NCBI RefSeq assembly: GCF_001194135.2
Contig: NC_068981.1
Coordinates: forward strand, 193,417,754 to 193,460,552
Direction of reading: 5' to 3'
DNA: 42,799 bases
DNA from: Octopus bimaculoides
Taxonomy: Eukaryota
Made by a program: the position numbers and the translations under genes. Position 1 is the first letter of the stretch. Every line of letters begins with the position of its first letter. The notes below the pieces were generated by a model. The model did no database searches and was not told the DNA's origin. It saw nothing but the letters and a program-made list of their open reading frames with translations. Shown in pieces: positions 1 to 11,876 of the stretch.

Positions 1-23
1 ATATATATATATATATATATATA
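1..23. repeat. (AT)n microsatellite
   Basis: Pure AT dinucleotide run at the window start. Confidence 0.95.
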
Positions 24-322
24 CAGTCACCTCGGAAACCTTAGCCACACCTAGAAAAGTTAATTTTTAAGTAAATTTACAATTTTTAGTAAAGCGGGAT
101 TTCCAAACATTTTTATTTATCGCTAGAAAGGTAATCTTCAAGTTTAGTGGGATAAAAAAAATAAATAAAAATATGCAAGGGAAATAACTGAACGACTTAC
201 CAGTATTATCCGTTTTCTTCTANNNNNNNNNNNNNNNNNNNNNNNNNNNNNNNNNNNNNNNNNNNNNNNNNNNNNNNNNNNNNNNNNNNNNNNNNNNNNN
301 NNNNNNNNNNNNNNNNNNNNNN

Positions 323-2556
323 AAAATACAGGGCGCTGAAAAGGAAGTATAATATTGAAAGAAAGGACCTGATGGTAGTAGTGGAGGACCTGAAACAGTG
401 CCTTGTTGCAAAGAAAGCAAAGATGGTAAGGTACGACCAAGGAATGAAGGGACACCACCAGAATAGGTTATTCAGAGTANNNNNNNNNNCAGAAGAGATT
501 CTATAAAGAAATAAATGGAGGGTGTACAGATGAAAAGGTGATACCAGATAATAATGAAAGACAAAGGTTTTGGAGTGACATCTGGAGCAAAGACAAGGAG
601 CACAAGAAGGANNNNNNNNNNNNNNNNNNNNNNNNNNNNNNNNNNNNNNNNNNNNNNNNNNNNNNNNNNNNNNNNNNNNNNNNNNNNNNNNNNNNNNNNN
701 NNNNNNNNNNNNNNNNNNNNNNNNNNNNNNNNNNNNNNNNNNNNNNNNNNNNNNNNNNNNNNNNNNNNNNNNNNNNNNNNNNNNNNNNNNNNNNNNNNNN
801 NNNNNNNNNNNNNNNNNNNNNNNNNNNNNNNNNNNNNNNNNNNNNNNNNNNNNNNNNNNNNNNNNNNNNNNNNNGAGCAAAGACAAGGAGCACAAGAAGG
901 ATGTTGAATGGTTGCAGGAACTGATACAAACTGTAGTCTGTCCAAAACAGGCAGAACTAGTCATTTCAGTTTGGAAAGTGAAAGAAATCAAAAAAAAAAA
1001 TTAACAACTGGAAGGCCCCAGGACCAGATGGAGTTCAAAGCTACTGGCTCAAAAGATTTGGTAAATGTCATCCCCGAATAGCTGCGCAACTCAACACCTT
1101 GTTAAATGCCGACCAAGTTACACCANNNNNNNNNNAGCTGCGCAACTCAACACCTTGTTAAATGCCGACCAAGTTACACCAGAGTAGTTGACATTGTGTA
1201 GGACAGTGCTGTGTCTGAAAAACATCGAAAAAGGCAATATGGTAGACAATTACAGGCCAATATCCTGTTTGCCACTTATGTGGAAGTTATNNNNNNNNNN
1301 NNNNNNNNNNNNNNNNNNNNNNNNNNNNNNNNNNNNNNNNNNNNNNNNNNNNNNNNNNNNNNNNNNNNNNNNNNNNNNNNNNNNNNNNNNNNNNNNNNNN
1401 NNNNNNNNNNNNNNNNNNNNNNNNNNNNNNNNNNNNNNNNNNNNNNNNNNNNNNNNNNNNNNNNNNNNNNNNNNNNNNNNNNNNNNNNNNNNNNNNNNNN
1501 NNNTGATCCCACATTCTTGTATTATGAAGTGTGTGAACCTATTTGGTATTGCTTTGAATGTTGAGTGATTGCTTGGAAAAAGTATGGCGAATTGGAGGAC
1601 AGACCNNNNNNNNNNATGGAAGAAGTTTAGGGACAGTAGAAATTAGGAGGGGCATCTTCCAAGGGAACTACCTATCCTCACTGATCTTTGTACTATACAT
1701 GATACCACTAACACTGATTCTGAGGAAAGCAAAGGCTGGGTATATNNNNNNNNNNATACCACTAACACTGATTCTGAGGAAAGCAAAGGCTGGGTATATA
1801 TTCAAAAGCTGACAACAAAAAGTCAACCACTTGTTATTCATGGATGACCTCAAACTTTATGGNNNNNNNNNNNNNNNNNNNNNNNNNNNNNNNNNNNNNN
1901 NNNNNNNNNNNNNNNNNNNNNNNNNNNNNNNNNNNNNNNNNNNNNNNNNNNNNNNNNNNNNNNNNNNNNNNNNNNAAGAGAGGCAAAATCAAATGTATGG
2001 ACGGGTTAACAATACCGTCGGGGGATGTTATGAAGCAGATAGATGGGTAAAGAAAAGAATGCATGGTCAATTTCATAAGGATACTGAAGATAAGACAGAC
2101 AGAGAAAAAAGATGGCTGTGGATGACTANNNNNNNNNNNNNNNNNNNNNNNNNNNNNNNNATCTGTGCTGCCCAAGATCAAGCACTAAGAACAAACTACA
2201 TAAAATACAGCAGAAAGTGATAAGTGCAGAATCTGTGGAGAAAACTGTGAAACCGTATGGCATATTACCAGCCAATGTACGTCACCAGCCCAGAAGGAAA
2301 ATAGCCGCGACAATATAGCCAGGCTTGTCCATTGGACACTTTGCAACAAGTCCTGGTTTATGACTAATATTGCTCTAATTTAGCCCCAGGAGACATCGTC
2401 TCCAGCTGGCTATATGACATGATCTNNNNNNNNNNATCGTCTCCAGCTGGCTATATGACATGATCTGTGTCCTTATACTTTCGAATAAAGGAATCTAGCA
2501 CCCTCTCTGTGTATCGTGATTTCCGGGTTATTTCCCTTCATCAGCACAGAATAATN
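323..2556 (+). mobile_element. Degraded R4/Dong-type (RLE-clade) non-LTR retrotransposon, gapped and frameshifted
   Basis: Fragments read [55 protein letters not shown] (RT), MHGQF, AAQDQALRTN and the CCHC knuckle CRICGENCETVWHITSQC; ends in an AATAAT-like tail near 2556. Clade assigned from recalled motifs. Confidence 0.85.
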
Positions 2557-2824
2557 NNNNNNNNNNNNNNNNNNNNNNNNNNNNNNNNNNNNNNNNNNNN
2601 NNNNNNNNNNNNNNNNNNNNNNNNNNNNNNNNNNNNNNNNNNNNNNNNNNNNNNNNNNNNNNNNNNNNNNNNNNNNNNNNNNNNNNNNNNNNNNNNNNNN
2701 NNNNNNNNNNNNNNNNNNNNNNNNNNNNNNNNNNNNNNNNNNNNNNNNNNNNNNNNNNNNNNNNNNNNTTGCTGTAATTTAGCCCCAGGAGACATCGTCT
2801 CTAGCTGGCTATATGACACGATCT

Positions 2825-4190
2825 GATGAGATACAGTTTGGATTTGTGTCAGGCAGGAGCACAACTGATGCTATATTCATAGTTAGGCAACTGCAAACCA
2901 AAGATAAACCCCTGTATCTGGCTTTGTTGACATGGAGAAAGCCTTTGATAGGGTCCCCCACTCCTTTATCCAGTGGTCAATGCAGAAGCTAAGGATAGAT
3001 GAGTGGTTGGTGAGAGCTGTACAAGACATGTTCATGGATGCTGTTGATTAGGTAAAGGTTAGCAACAAGTATAACAAGGAATTCAGGGTACAAGTAGGGG
3101 TTCACTAATGATCGGTCCTCAGCTCCCTCTTGTTCATCATAGTCCTCCAGGCAATAACAGAGGANNNNNNNNNNTCCTCAGCTCCCTCTTGTTCATCATA
3201 GTCCTCCAGGCAATAACAGAGGAATTTGAAATGGGCTGCCCCTGGCAGTTTCTCTATACTGATGACATTCTTCATATAGCTGAATCACTACCTGAACTAG
3301 AAAAGAAATTTCAAGTGAGGGAGCAAGGTCTTGAATCAAAGGCCTTAGAGTTAATTTAACAAGAACCAAAGTCTTAGCATGTAGAAGAGCAGACAAATCA
3401 CAAACTACTTCAGGTAGATGGCCCAGCTCAATCTATAGAAAAGCTGTAGGTAAAAACTCCATTGAGGGAACATAAGAGGTGCAGCAATATCAGAGGAAGG
3501 TTAACAGGGAAATCAGTTTTTGTGTGTGGCAGAATCACAGGTAGAGTTAGCACTAAAATTGTACAGAAAATAGACTCCATCAAATTCCGGGGTGGGGGGG
3601 ACTAGAAGTAGTTGACAACATCCATTACCTAGGTGACCAGGTTGGTAGTGGGGGTGGAAGCTCTGAGAGCATAGCTGTGAGAATATAAATAGGCTGGGCT
3701 AAGTTCAGAGAGCCCCTACCTCTGCTAGCAATGAAGGGCCTCTCTCTCAGAGTGAAAGGCAGAATTATGAAGCCTGTGTTAGAACAGCCATGCTACATGG
3801 CAGTGAAACATGGGCTGTGACAGCTGAAGACATGTGTAGGCTTGAAAGAAATGAAGCCAGTATGCTTCACTGGATTTGCAATGTCAGTGTGCATGTTCGA
3901 CAGAGTGTGAGCATCTTGAGAGAAAAGTTTGGGACAAGAGGCATCAGATGTGGTGTGCAAGGGAGACGAATGCACTGGTTTGGTCATGTGATACGTATGG
4001 ACAAGGACAGCTGTGTGAAGATGTACCACACTCTAACAGTGAAGGGAACCTGTGGAAGAGGTAATGACTAGTAACCAAGACTTTGGTGATATGCTGTGCT
4101 TGAAATGCCTTATCAAGCCAAGAGAAATCATAGTTAGGCCTCACAGAGACAGCGATAAGTGACTGAGAGCTTTGGTAATATAGCATGCTT
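2825..4190 (+). mobile_element. Degraded RTE-clade LINE (RT domain and C-terminus)
   Basis: EIQFGFVSGRSTTDAIFIVRQLQ, LAFVDMEKAFDRVP, LSSLLFIIVLQAI, LYTDD (YADD-like) and the RTE C-terminus MLHGSETW...RMHWFGHV. Confidence 0.88.
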
Positions 4191-4904
4191 AAGAAGACTT
4201 GTCAAACCAAGTGAGTTCATAGATGCCAGTATTGCGTAACTAGCACCCATTGGAGGAAATACTAATAAGGTATGTATACTAAAATCGTGAAGTGTGTTAC
4301 GTAATAAAAGGTTAATCAGATATGAGATAATAACAATTCAAAGTAAATAACTGAAAACAGCTTTTGTGCATTTGCAGAGAATATTACCCTCAGCGGCACC
4401 AGTGTTGCTATATTCGTAAGTACATCTGTTGTTAGGAAAATGCTATTTACTTGTTTAAGTGCTGTACTGGATAAATTGTGAAAATAACTCAAATAGTTCA
4501 AATACTAAAAAATAAGCATATTCAATTTGATATACCAAATAATTTATGAACATGAATGGGTTATTTCCCTTGGCTATATATAAGGANNNNNNNNNNCTTG
4601 GCTATATATAAGGATCCCTTTCAGGAGCGAATGGGTTATTTCCCTTCGATGTTTAAAAATAATATAACAGTTAAATGTAGTAGATATAAGAATCCCTTCC
4701 AGGGGCCCTATTATCGATTTTTTTCAACAATCTAAGTGTGTCACTAGTTTTCCAGACATACGTTCTACTCACGTTTCATCAAAATCGATAAAACGATGTA
4801 GGAGGAGTTAGATAACAACTCCNNNNNNNNNNTCATCAAAATCGATAAAACGATGTAGGAGGAGTTAGATAACAACTCCACAGACAATCACAACGTCAGA
4901 TTTC

Positions 4905-5390
4905 CACATATTTTTAATAAATCTTCTCGTTATTAATTATTTTTAATAAACCTTCTGGCAATTAATTATTCTTAATAGACCTGGCTATTAATTATTTTTG
5001 NNNNNNNNNNTAATTATTCTTAATAGACCTGGCTATTAATTATTTTTGATAAATTTGCTGGCTATTAATTATCTTTAATAAGCCTTCTTGTTATTAAATA
5101 TTTTTAATAAACCTTCTGGCTATTAATTATCTTTAACAAGCCTTCTGGCAATTAATTATTCTTAATAGACCTGGCTATTAATTATTTTTGNNNNNNNNNN
5201 NNNNNNNTAATTATTTTTTATAAATTCTGGCTATTAATTACCTTTAATAAGCCTTGTGGTTATTAATTATCTTTAATAAACTTTCTGCCTATTAATTATC
5301 TTTGATAAACCTTCTGGATATTAATTATCTTTGATAAACTTTCTGGCTATTAATTACCTTTAATGAACCTTCTATCTATTAATTACCTTC
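4905..5390. repeat. AT-rich minisatellite, ~29-30 bp unit (TAATTATCTTTAATAAACCTTCTGGCTAT-like), left part
   Basis: More than ten degenerate tandem units; the same unit resumes at 6238-6317. Confidence 0.9.
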
Positions 5391-6237
5391 ATGGCTGCTG
5401 AGGACATGCATAAGCTTGCAAGGAATGAAGCTAGTATGCTCCACNNNNNNNNNNNNNNNNNNNNNNNNNNNNNNNNNNNNNNNNNNNNNNNNNNNNNNNN
5501 NNNNNNNNNNNNNNNNNNNNNNNNNNNNNNNNNNNNNNNNNNNNNNNNNNNNNNNNNNNNNNNNNNNNNNNNNNNNNNNNNNNNNNNNNNNNNNNNNNNN
5601 NNNNNNNNNNNNNNNNNNNNNNNNNNNNNNNNNNNNNNNNNNNNNNNNNNNNNNNNNNNNNNNNNNNNNNNNNNNNNNNNNNNNNNNNNNNNNNNNNNNN
5701 NNNNNNNNNNNNNNNNNNNNNATAACCAGCCTATTTAAGAGTACCTTTCAATCATTGGGCAATAAACTGCACGTGTGAATACTTGTTGAGGCAAGTGAAA
5801 TCGTTGGCTGATGACAGTACCACCTAACTGGCACCCTTACCATTGGTACATAAAAAGCACCATTCAAGCATGATCATTGCCAATGCCACCTGACTGGCAC
5901 CCAAGTTGGCAGCATGTAAAAAGCACCATTCANNNNNNNNNNTGCCACCTGACTGGCACCCAAGTTGGCAGCATGTAAAAAGCACCATTCAAGCATGTTC
6001 AATGCCAGTGCCACCTGACTGGCTCCTGTGCTGGTGGCATGTAAAAAGNNNNNNNNNNNNNNNNNNNNNNNNNNNNNNNNNNNNNNNNNNNNNNNNNNNN
6101 NNNNNNNNNNNNNNNNNNNNNNNNNNNNNNNNNNNNNNNNNNNNNNNNNNNNNNNNNNNNNNNNNNNNNNNNNNNNNNNNNNNNNNNNNNNNNNNNNNNN
6201 NNNNNNNNNNNNNNNNNNNNNNNNNNNNNNNNGATGA
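5391..6237 (+). mobile_element. 5'-truncated RTE LINE 3' fragment inserted in the minisatellite
   Basis: Starts with AAEDMHKLARNEASMLH, homologous to 3815-3870; carries the tandem GCCACCTGACTGGC..GTAAAAAGCACC units and ends at GATGAA next to a gap. Confidence 0.7.
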
Positions 6238-6317
6238 AACCTTCTGGTTATTAATTACCTTTAATAAACCTTCTGGCAATTAATTAATACGCCTTGTGGC
6301 TATTAATTATTTTTAAC
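6238..6317. repeat. Right remnant of the AT-rich minisatellite
   Basis: About three more ACCTTCTGGYTATTAATTA units. Confidence 0.85.
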
Positions 6318-6614
6318 TAGCAAACACACCCATCCTTTGGAGTGTTTAAGTTGCTTTGGTGTTATTTTTCACCAATTACTTGAACTACCAAGAAGGTTTA
6401 TGGGTAGCACAGCAATCTATGTTTCTGATTAATCTAGGAACAGAAAATCAAATTGAAGGTTGGTTATTATGGAGGTTGTAGCACTTAAATGATCATAAGA
6501 CATATAAGTTTGCAAGCATTGCAAAATAGAGCTACTGAAGTGTTTTGCGAGTAGATTACAGATAATGAATACAAAATATAGTTGTTTCTTAAGTATATTT
6601 CGTTCACTCGAGCG

Positions 6615-7112
6615 CTAAGAGCACTGTTCGAGCAAGATCGTTGCCAGAGCAGCTGCCTGGCTTCCGTNNNNNNNNNNAGTGGCACATAAATAACACCATT
6701 TGAGTTTGATCATTACCAGCATCGCCTTCCTGGCACTTCTGCCGGTGGCACATGAAAAGACATTCAAACAAGATCGTTGCCAGTACCGCTCAACTGGCTC
6801 CTGTGCAGGTGGCATGTAAGATACACCATTTTGAGCATGGCCATTGCCAGTACCGCCTGACTGGCCTTCGNNNNNNNNNNNNNNNNNNNNNNNNNNNNNN
6901 NNNNNNNNNNNNNNNNNNNNNNNNNNNNNNNNNNNNNNNNNNNNNNNNNNNNNNNNNNNNNNNNNNNNNNNNNNNNNNNNNNNNNNNNNNNNNNNNNNNN
7001 NNNNNNNNNNNNNNNNNNNNNNNNNNNNNNNNNNNNNNNNTCCTCAGTCAAATCGTCCAACCCATGCTAGCATGGAAAGTAGATGTTAAAAGATGATGAT
7101 GATGATGATGAA
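6615..7112 (+). mobile_element. RTE-related 3' tail repeat (LINE/SINE tail) ending in (GAT)n
   Basis: Same tandem units as 5810-6050, then CCAACCCATGCTAGCATGGAAAG..GTTAAA-(GAT)n. Related tails at ~9720-9905, 16600-16775, 17340-17700 (minus), 20400-20600 and 21880-22100. Confidence 0.7.
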
Positions 7113-7271
7113 ACATGTACATCTTTTGGAACATTGTCATTTTATAAGATTTTGCTGGCANNNNNNNNNNGGAACATTGTCATTTTATAAGATTTTGCTG
7201 GCAAATTTTTAAATCAACATGTATTTATATGAAAGAAAACTATTGGTAACATAACACGTATTGTGCAGAGT

Positions 7272-7421
7272 TAAAGAATACACACACCATCCATTTTCCG
7301 CGTAACTCTAACCCTAATCTTAAACCTAACCCTAATCCCTAACCCTAACCCTTACCCTAAACTCTAACCCTAAACCCTAACCCTATTCCTAACCCTAAGC
7401 ACTGGGTGTGCATATTCTTTA
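7272..7421. mobile_element. MITE-like element with internal degenerate (CCCTAA)n
   Basis: 17-bp terminal inverted repeats (15/17 match: TAAAGAATACACACACC vs TAAAGAATATGCACACC) enclose ~95 bp of telomeric-type repeat. Confidence 0.6.
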
Positions 7422-8317
7422 CCTTCACCCACAGGTTGTGCTAAAAATAATAGTTAAATAAGACTTTTTGGATAAATCTTTTAAATTGATATAAACATTT
7501 ATTTATGCAAAAAAACTAACATTTTATTTTCAAGCTGAGATTCGAAACTGAATCTAAGGATTCTCACTCACCTGATCTACCACTGGCTGAACAGGTGTGA
7601 CAGAAATTTCTTTATCCTTTCAAAATGTGATAGATGGATTTCCATTTGACCTCCGACCTAAGCTGTGACACTAGAGGTTCAACTGGACAGCAGGTGACCT
7701 AGATAAGTAGTAATGACTCCTATGGTATGTCTGGTCTTCTAGCTAGGATGACAATTATAAATAGTTACCTTAGATAGACGACAGATGAGCAGACAGCTTT
7801 GCAACAGGTAAGCAACCAACAGAGAGCCACATAGTCAGCATGAGCGAAATATAATAGCCAATGACACAACACAGTAGCAGAACACNNNNNNNNNNNNNNN
7901 NNNNNNNNNNNNNNNNNNNNNNNNNNNNNNNNNNNNNNNNNNNNNNNNNNNNAGCATGAGCGAAATATAATAGCCAATGACACAACACAGTAGCAGAACA
8001 CAAAAAGATAGGACAGAAAAACAACACAACTCGACCAAATGACCAATGCACACACAGACACAAAATATGCCATGGACTCTCTCATCAAATCAACATTCTA
8101 CTTCTCCTGTTGTTATTTTCACTTTGCCAACTCAAAGCAGTTGGTAACTTTATGTAGCGGCCTTCATTGATATTGTAAATTAAACTTTGTGTATCCAACA
8201 TGTAGATGCAAGTGTGGATCAAATAAATGATTTAAACTACATTCCAATGCTTTCCTCATTAGAAATAATACATTTCTAAATCTATCAGATTTATGCAGTG
8301 GTGATATGCTGAAGTAG

Positions 8318-8559
8318 TTGTATGCTGTCAACTTAATGTGACAGTCCCATGAAGGGANNNNNNNNNNNNNNNNNNNNNNNNNGCTTAGCTGGGTGGAGGT
8401 GCTTGTCTCCCCCTTGTAAACATAAGGACACACGAAATGTGTCAAGGCCAACAGGAAGCGGTGCAACTTCCTAGGTCTAACCAACAGTAGTATTATTCCN
8501 NNNNNNNNNAGTATTATTCCCTTCAGGGGACTGTCACATTAAGTCGACAGCATACAACT
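8318..8559. repeat. 40-bp inverted repeat pair
   Basis: GTTGTATGCTGTCAACTTAATGTGACAGTCCCATGAAGGG (8318-8357) versus the reverse complement of ~8520-8559; 2 mismatches. Confidence 0.75.
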
Positions 8560-8729
8560 GCTTTCCTCATTGTTTTACTTTGATGTCATCCAACACCCCT
8601 ATCTCCATCTGCTACACCCAACAACGTACATTGACNNNNNNNNNNCATCCAACACCCCTATCTCCATCTGCTACACCCAACAACGTACATTGACACATCA
8701 ACATCACATTTAGCTACCCATACTGCTAC

Positions 8730-9010
8730 AATTTACATGAAAGAAAATTGCCACAAGAGGCAAGATGGAGAGAAGCTTTCATATTTTATTTTCATAATCA
8801 TTTCCTTCATGAATTGTAGAATATGTTTTGGGTTTATTCCAAAAATATCAAGTTGGCCTGTGATGTTGTTGGAATCTGTGGAAGAGGGAGACTCCAGGAA
8901 GACATGGGACGAAGAATTGAAGGTCAATCTCAAAGCGGTGAGCTTTACGAAGGAGATGACAAAGGGATGAGATATATGGTACATTGCTGTACTTAAGAAG
9001 ACATGCCCAC
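8730..9010 (+). mobile_element. Old RTE LINE C-terminal fragment
   Basis: VEEGDSRKTWDEELKVNLKAVSFTKEMTK resembles the RTE GRPRKTWDEV C-terminal motif. Confidence 0.55.
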
Positions 9011-10065
9011 CACAACAGAATTCATATCCTAATAATGGTAATGTTTGTCTATGAGGAGCTCTGCCTTAACAACCTTCTCCCCCATTCCATACACACACAT
9101 TCCATTCCCTAACGTCCACCATTTCCTCTGTCACCTGAGAGCAGAATAGGCACATACTACCCCCACTTCCTTTCTGCANNNNNNNNNNNNNNNNNNNNNN
9201 NNNNNNNNNNNNNNNNNNNNNNNNNGTCACCTGAGAGCAGAATAGGCACATACTACCCCCACTTCCTTTCTGCACCTTCTCTCTTTTTCCCCTGCTGCTC
9301 TCCATCATCAACTCCTTGCTTACCTGCTATTACCCTCAATGCCCTCATATATCTACTGCAACCCCACAAGCCATTTCTATATTTCACTGCATCATTTGTC
9401 ACAGTCATCTCATCCTGCCCCCTCACCCAACCGAAGCCTCTATGTCCCCTTACCTATCCTCACTACCCCCATGTCCCTCGAGGGCATGTCCCGTCACATC
9501 TCCACCATCACGTCTCTCACTATCACTCTTTTCATCTTACTATTTGACCCCTTCTTTCCTTTTCCTTCCAACTGGGGCATTCATGTATCTACTCTACAGC
9601 AAGATACCTCTCTCTGTCCCCGCTATACCTTAAAACTTTCAACTGGCATGAAGCCACACCCAATTAATACCATTCCCCCCACCCCCGACCAGCTGAGGGG
9701 TTCTCGTCTTGCAAGATAATTGGTAATTCTGTTGGTGCTGGTGCCACATAAAAAGCACCCAGTACACTCTGTAAATTGGTTGGTGTTAGGAAGGGTATCC
9801 CAACTGCAGAATCCATACCAAAACAAAGAATGGAACCAGGTCTGGCACCTTGACTTGCCAGTTCCTGTCAAACTGTCCAACCCATGCCAGCATGGAAAAC
9901 AGATGATAAATAATGAGAATGATTCTATATTTTATTTTCATTTCTATTTCTTTAGTTTATTGCGGCATATCTTTTTTGTTTTAGTGAAATCCAAAAATAT
10001 CAACATAAAACAACAAACAACAAATACATCAACCAACCTTTACTATNNNNNNNNNNTCAACCAAC

Positions 10066-10293
10066 CTTTACTATTTCTGTGTCTTGAGGATAAACCACAA
10101 AGTAAACATCTTTGATCTGGCTTGAATTTTGATTTGAGTAGTTTTTCACTGCTTTATACATTGTTCTGGGTAGTTTTTTAATGGGGTACTTCAATACCCC
10201 GGCCCCTAATATAGGAAATGCAAGGCTTTTTGCTCCCATTCTCTCAGCAGTATGGAGACAAATGGTTATTATTTGAGTCAAGTTTGCCAGAGT
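10066..10293 (-). CDS. PARP14: PARP14/15-like gene exon: macro domain C-terminal half
   Basis: 228 bp, phase 0-0, tttttag acceptor and GTTGGT donor; TLANLTQIITICLHTAERMGAKSLAFPILGAGVLKYP...VYFVVYPQDTEIVK carries the macro SxAFPxxGxG motif. Symbol is a family-level call only. Confidence 0.88.
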
Positions 10294-10942
10294 CTAAAAA
10301 AAATAATTGTTTAGTAATTGATAATGAACATTTTATTTGATTATTTTCCTATTACAGGAAGAAATCATTAAGTTGTAATAAATTCTCCTCTTACAACTCC
10401 TCTCACTCCTGCCACTTCTAAACACAACTGTCTTTCCTATCACTCTTTAGTCCTGCAAGGGACAAGGCAACCTCACTCATGATGCTGNNNNNNNNNNTGC
10501 AAGGGACAAGGCAACCTCACTCATGATGCTGCTACAATAAAACAGACCCAATCCACCATGAAAAATGGTTGGTGATTGAAGAGAGACAATGCAGACACAA
10601 GAGGAGTCTTTAGTGTTGGAGAGGACATGACAACCTCTCTAGTGATAGTGCCATGAGAGAGAAAACACACCAATACAGACAGTAAAACACAGAAATGTGT
10701 TTTAATATAGTCTTATTTATCAGTCATATAACTGTTGTTAGGCCTTGAGGCTTTTTTCCTTCTATTTATATATAAAAGTGTCCTGTTCATCGGCATCTTC
10801 TGCTTGCTTCCAATGAAAACTTGGAATAACAAATATTAAACAGGATGCTGTCATTTGCTTTATGATTCTCAGACAACATGCATAAGGTTCTCTTCAATTA
10901 TTAACCGTTTCAATAAATCAATGTCATATGATTGATACTTAC

Positions 10943-11170
10943 TAAATGAGAAGAATTTTTACCCCAGGGAGGTAATGTCAGATGAAATACATTCTTACAG
11001 CTGAGGTTATATCCTTTAGTGATGGCTATTTTACATGTAGAAATACCTTGAGGATATTTCTGGCTACATTCAACTTGCATCTGAGGACCAGCGGCATTGA
11101 GAATAAATTTGGAGATAGAACCATCATTAAGCTGGAGATATTTATTGGTGCTGTTAACGATGACATCAAC
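10943..11170 (-). CDS. PARP14: PARP14/15-like gene exon: macro domain N-terminal half
   Basis: Not listed in the ORF track. 228 bp, phase 0-0, ttttgtag acceptor and GTAAGT donor; VDVIVNSTNKYLQLNDGSISKFILNAAGPQMQVECSQKYPQGISTCKIAITKGYNLSCKNVFHLTLPPWGKNSSHL. Confidence 0.9.
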
Positions 11171-11502
11171 CTACAAAAGTAATTTATGGTAAANNNNNNN
11201 NNNGGTGCTGTTAACGATGACATCAACCTACAAAAGTAATTTATGGTAAACAACTAAGGAACAGTCCACGGAGAGAAGAGAGATACAGTGTTGCAGTTGA
11301 TATTGTTGTTAAGAAAGGCTCTACAGAATGGGTGTAGGAAGTTTGAGGTTGTTAAAGTTAGCAAAAGATATTCTCAAGATATAAGATGTGAAGGAAATAA
11401 AATGTTTGAGTTAGATTGAGAAACTGTTTTAATTAACTGTAATGATTCCTTATTTGGAAATGAAATAACAAGTAAATAGGTTACATTAATCTGTTTACTC
11501 AC

Positions 11503-11642
11503 AGACGCATTAGAAATTGAACCAATCATTAGGTTTATTTTAACTCCATCAACAGTTTCTGTGGACGTCTCATTAGTTCTGGGTGGCATAGGGGCTGCTT
11601 TCCGTTGTGGACCAAGAAGGGATGTGTTTAGTGACGTGGTTT
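11503..11642 (-). CDS. PARP14: PARP14/15-like gene exon: linker plus first macro strands
   Basis: 140 bp, phase 1-0, ttttcag acceptor and GTGAGT donor; ends VDGVKINLMIGSISNAS and splices in frame to VDVIVNS. Confidence 0.85.
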
Positions 11643-11828
11643 CTGAAAATAAACAATTAAACATTCTTCTCTCTCTTAAAAGAACCATTTTATTCCACAT
11701 AAATAGTAACGATATTCCTTTTTGAAAATATGATTTAGCAAAAGAATACATGCTAACTTGTAGTCATCTTCCCCATCTTTTATATAGAGACAAGGCTATA
11801 TAACATTATTTTTTACTATTTCTTCTAC

Positions 11829-11876
11829 CACATGGACACAAAATACATTGAAGAACATACTTGAAACTTTCGAAAT
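11829..11876 (-). CDS. Candidate small exon of the PARP14-like gene (16 nt or 48 nt)
   Basis: TACTAAC branch site (11895-11901) and TTTTGCTGTTTTCAG acceptor; a GTATGT donor gives 16 nt, a weaker GTAGAA donor gives 48 nt (phase 1-1, DFESFKYVLQCILCPC). Confidence 0.4.

Noticed and set aside
4316-4501. Possible downstream exon of the PARP14-like gene
   Set aside because: AG and GT sites exist, but the peptide has no macro, WWE or ART similarity, so it is unsupported.
4905-6050. CRISPR-like repeat arrays
   Set aside because: Units are contiguous and degenerate with no unique spacers or cas genes, in a eukaryotic context.
8318-8559. Twister, HDV-like or hammerhead ribozyme at a retroelement end
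   Set aside because: Partial motifs (TTAA..GTCCC..AAGGG; TTCCTG loop) could not be folded into a complete core by hand; this needs a covariance-model search.
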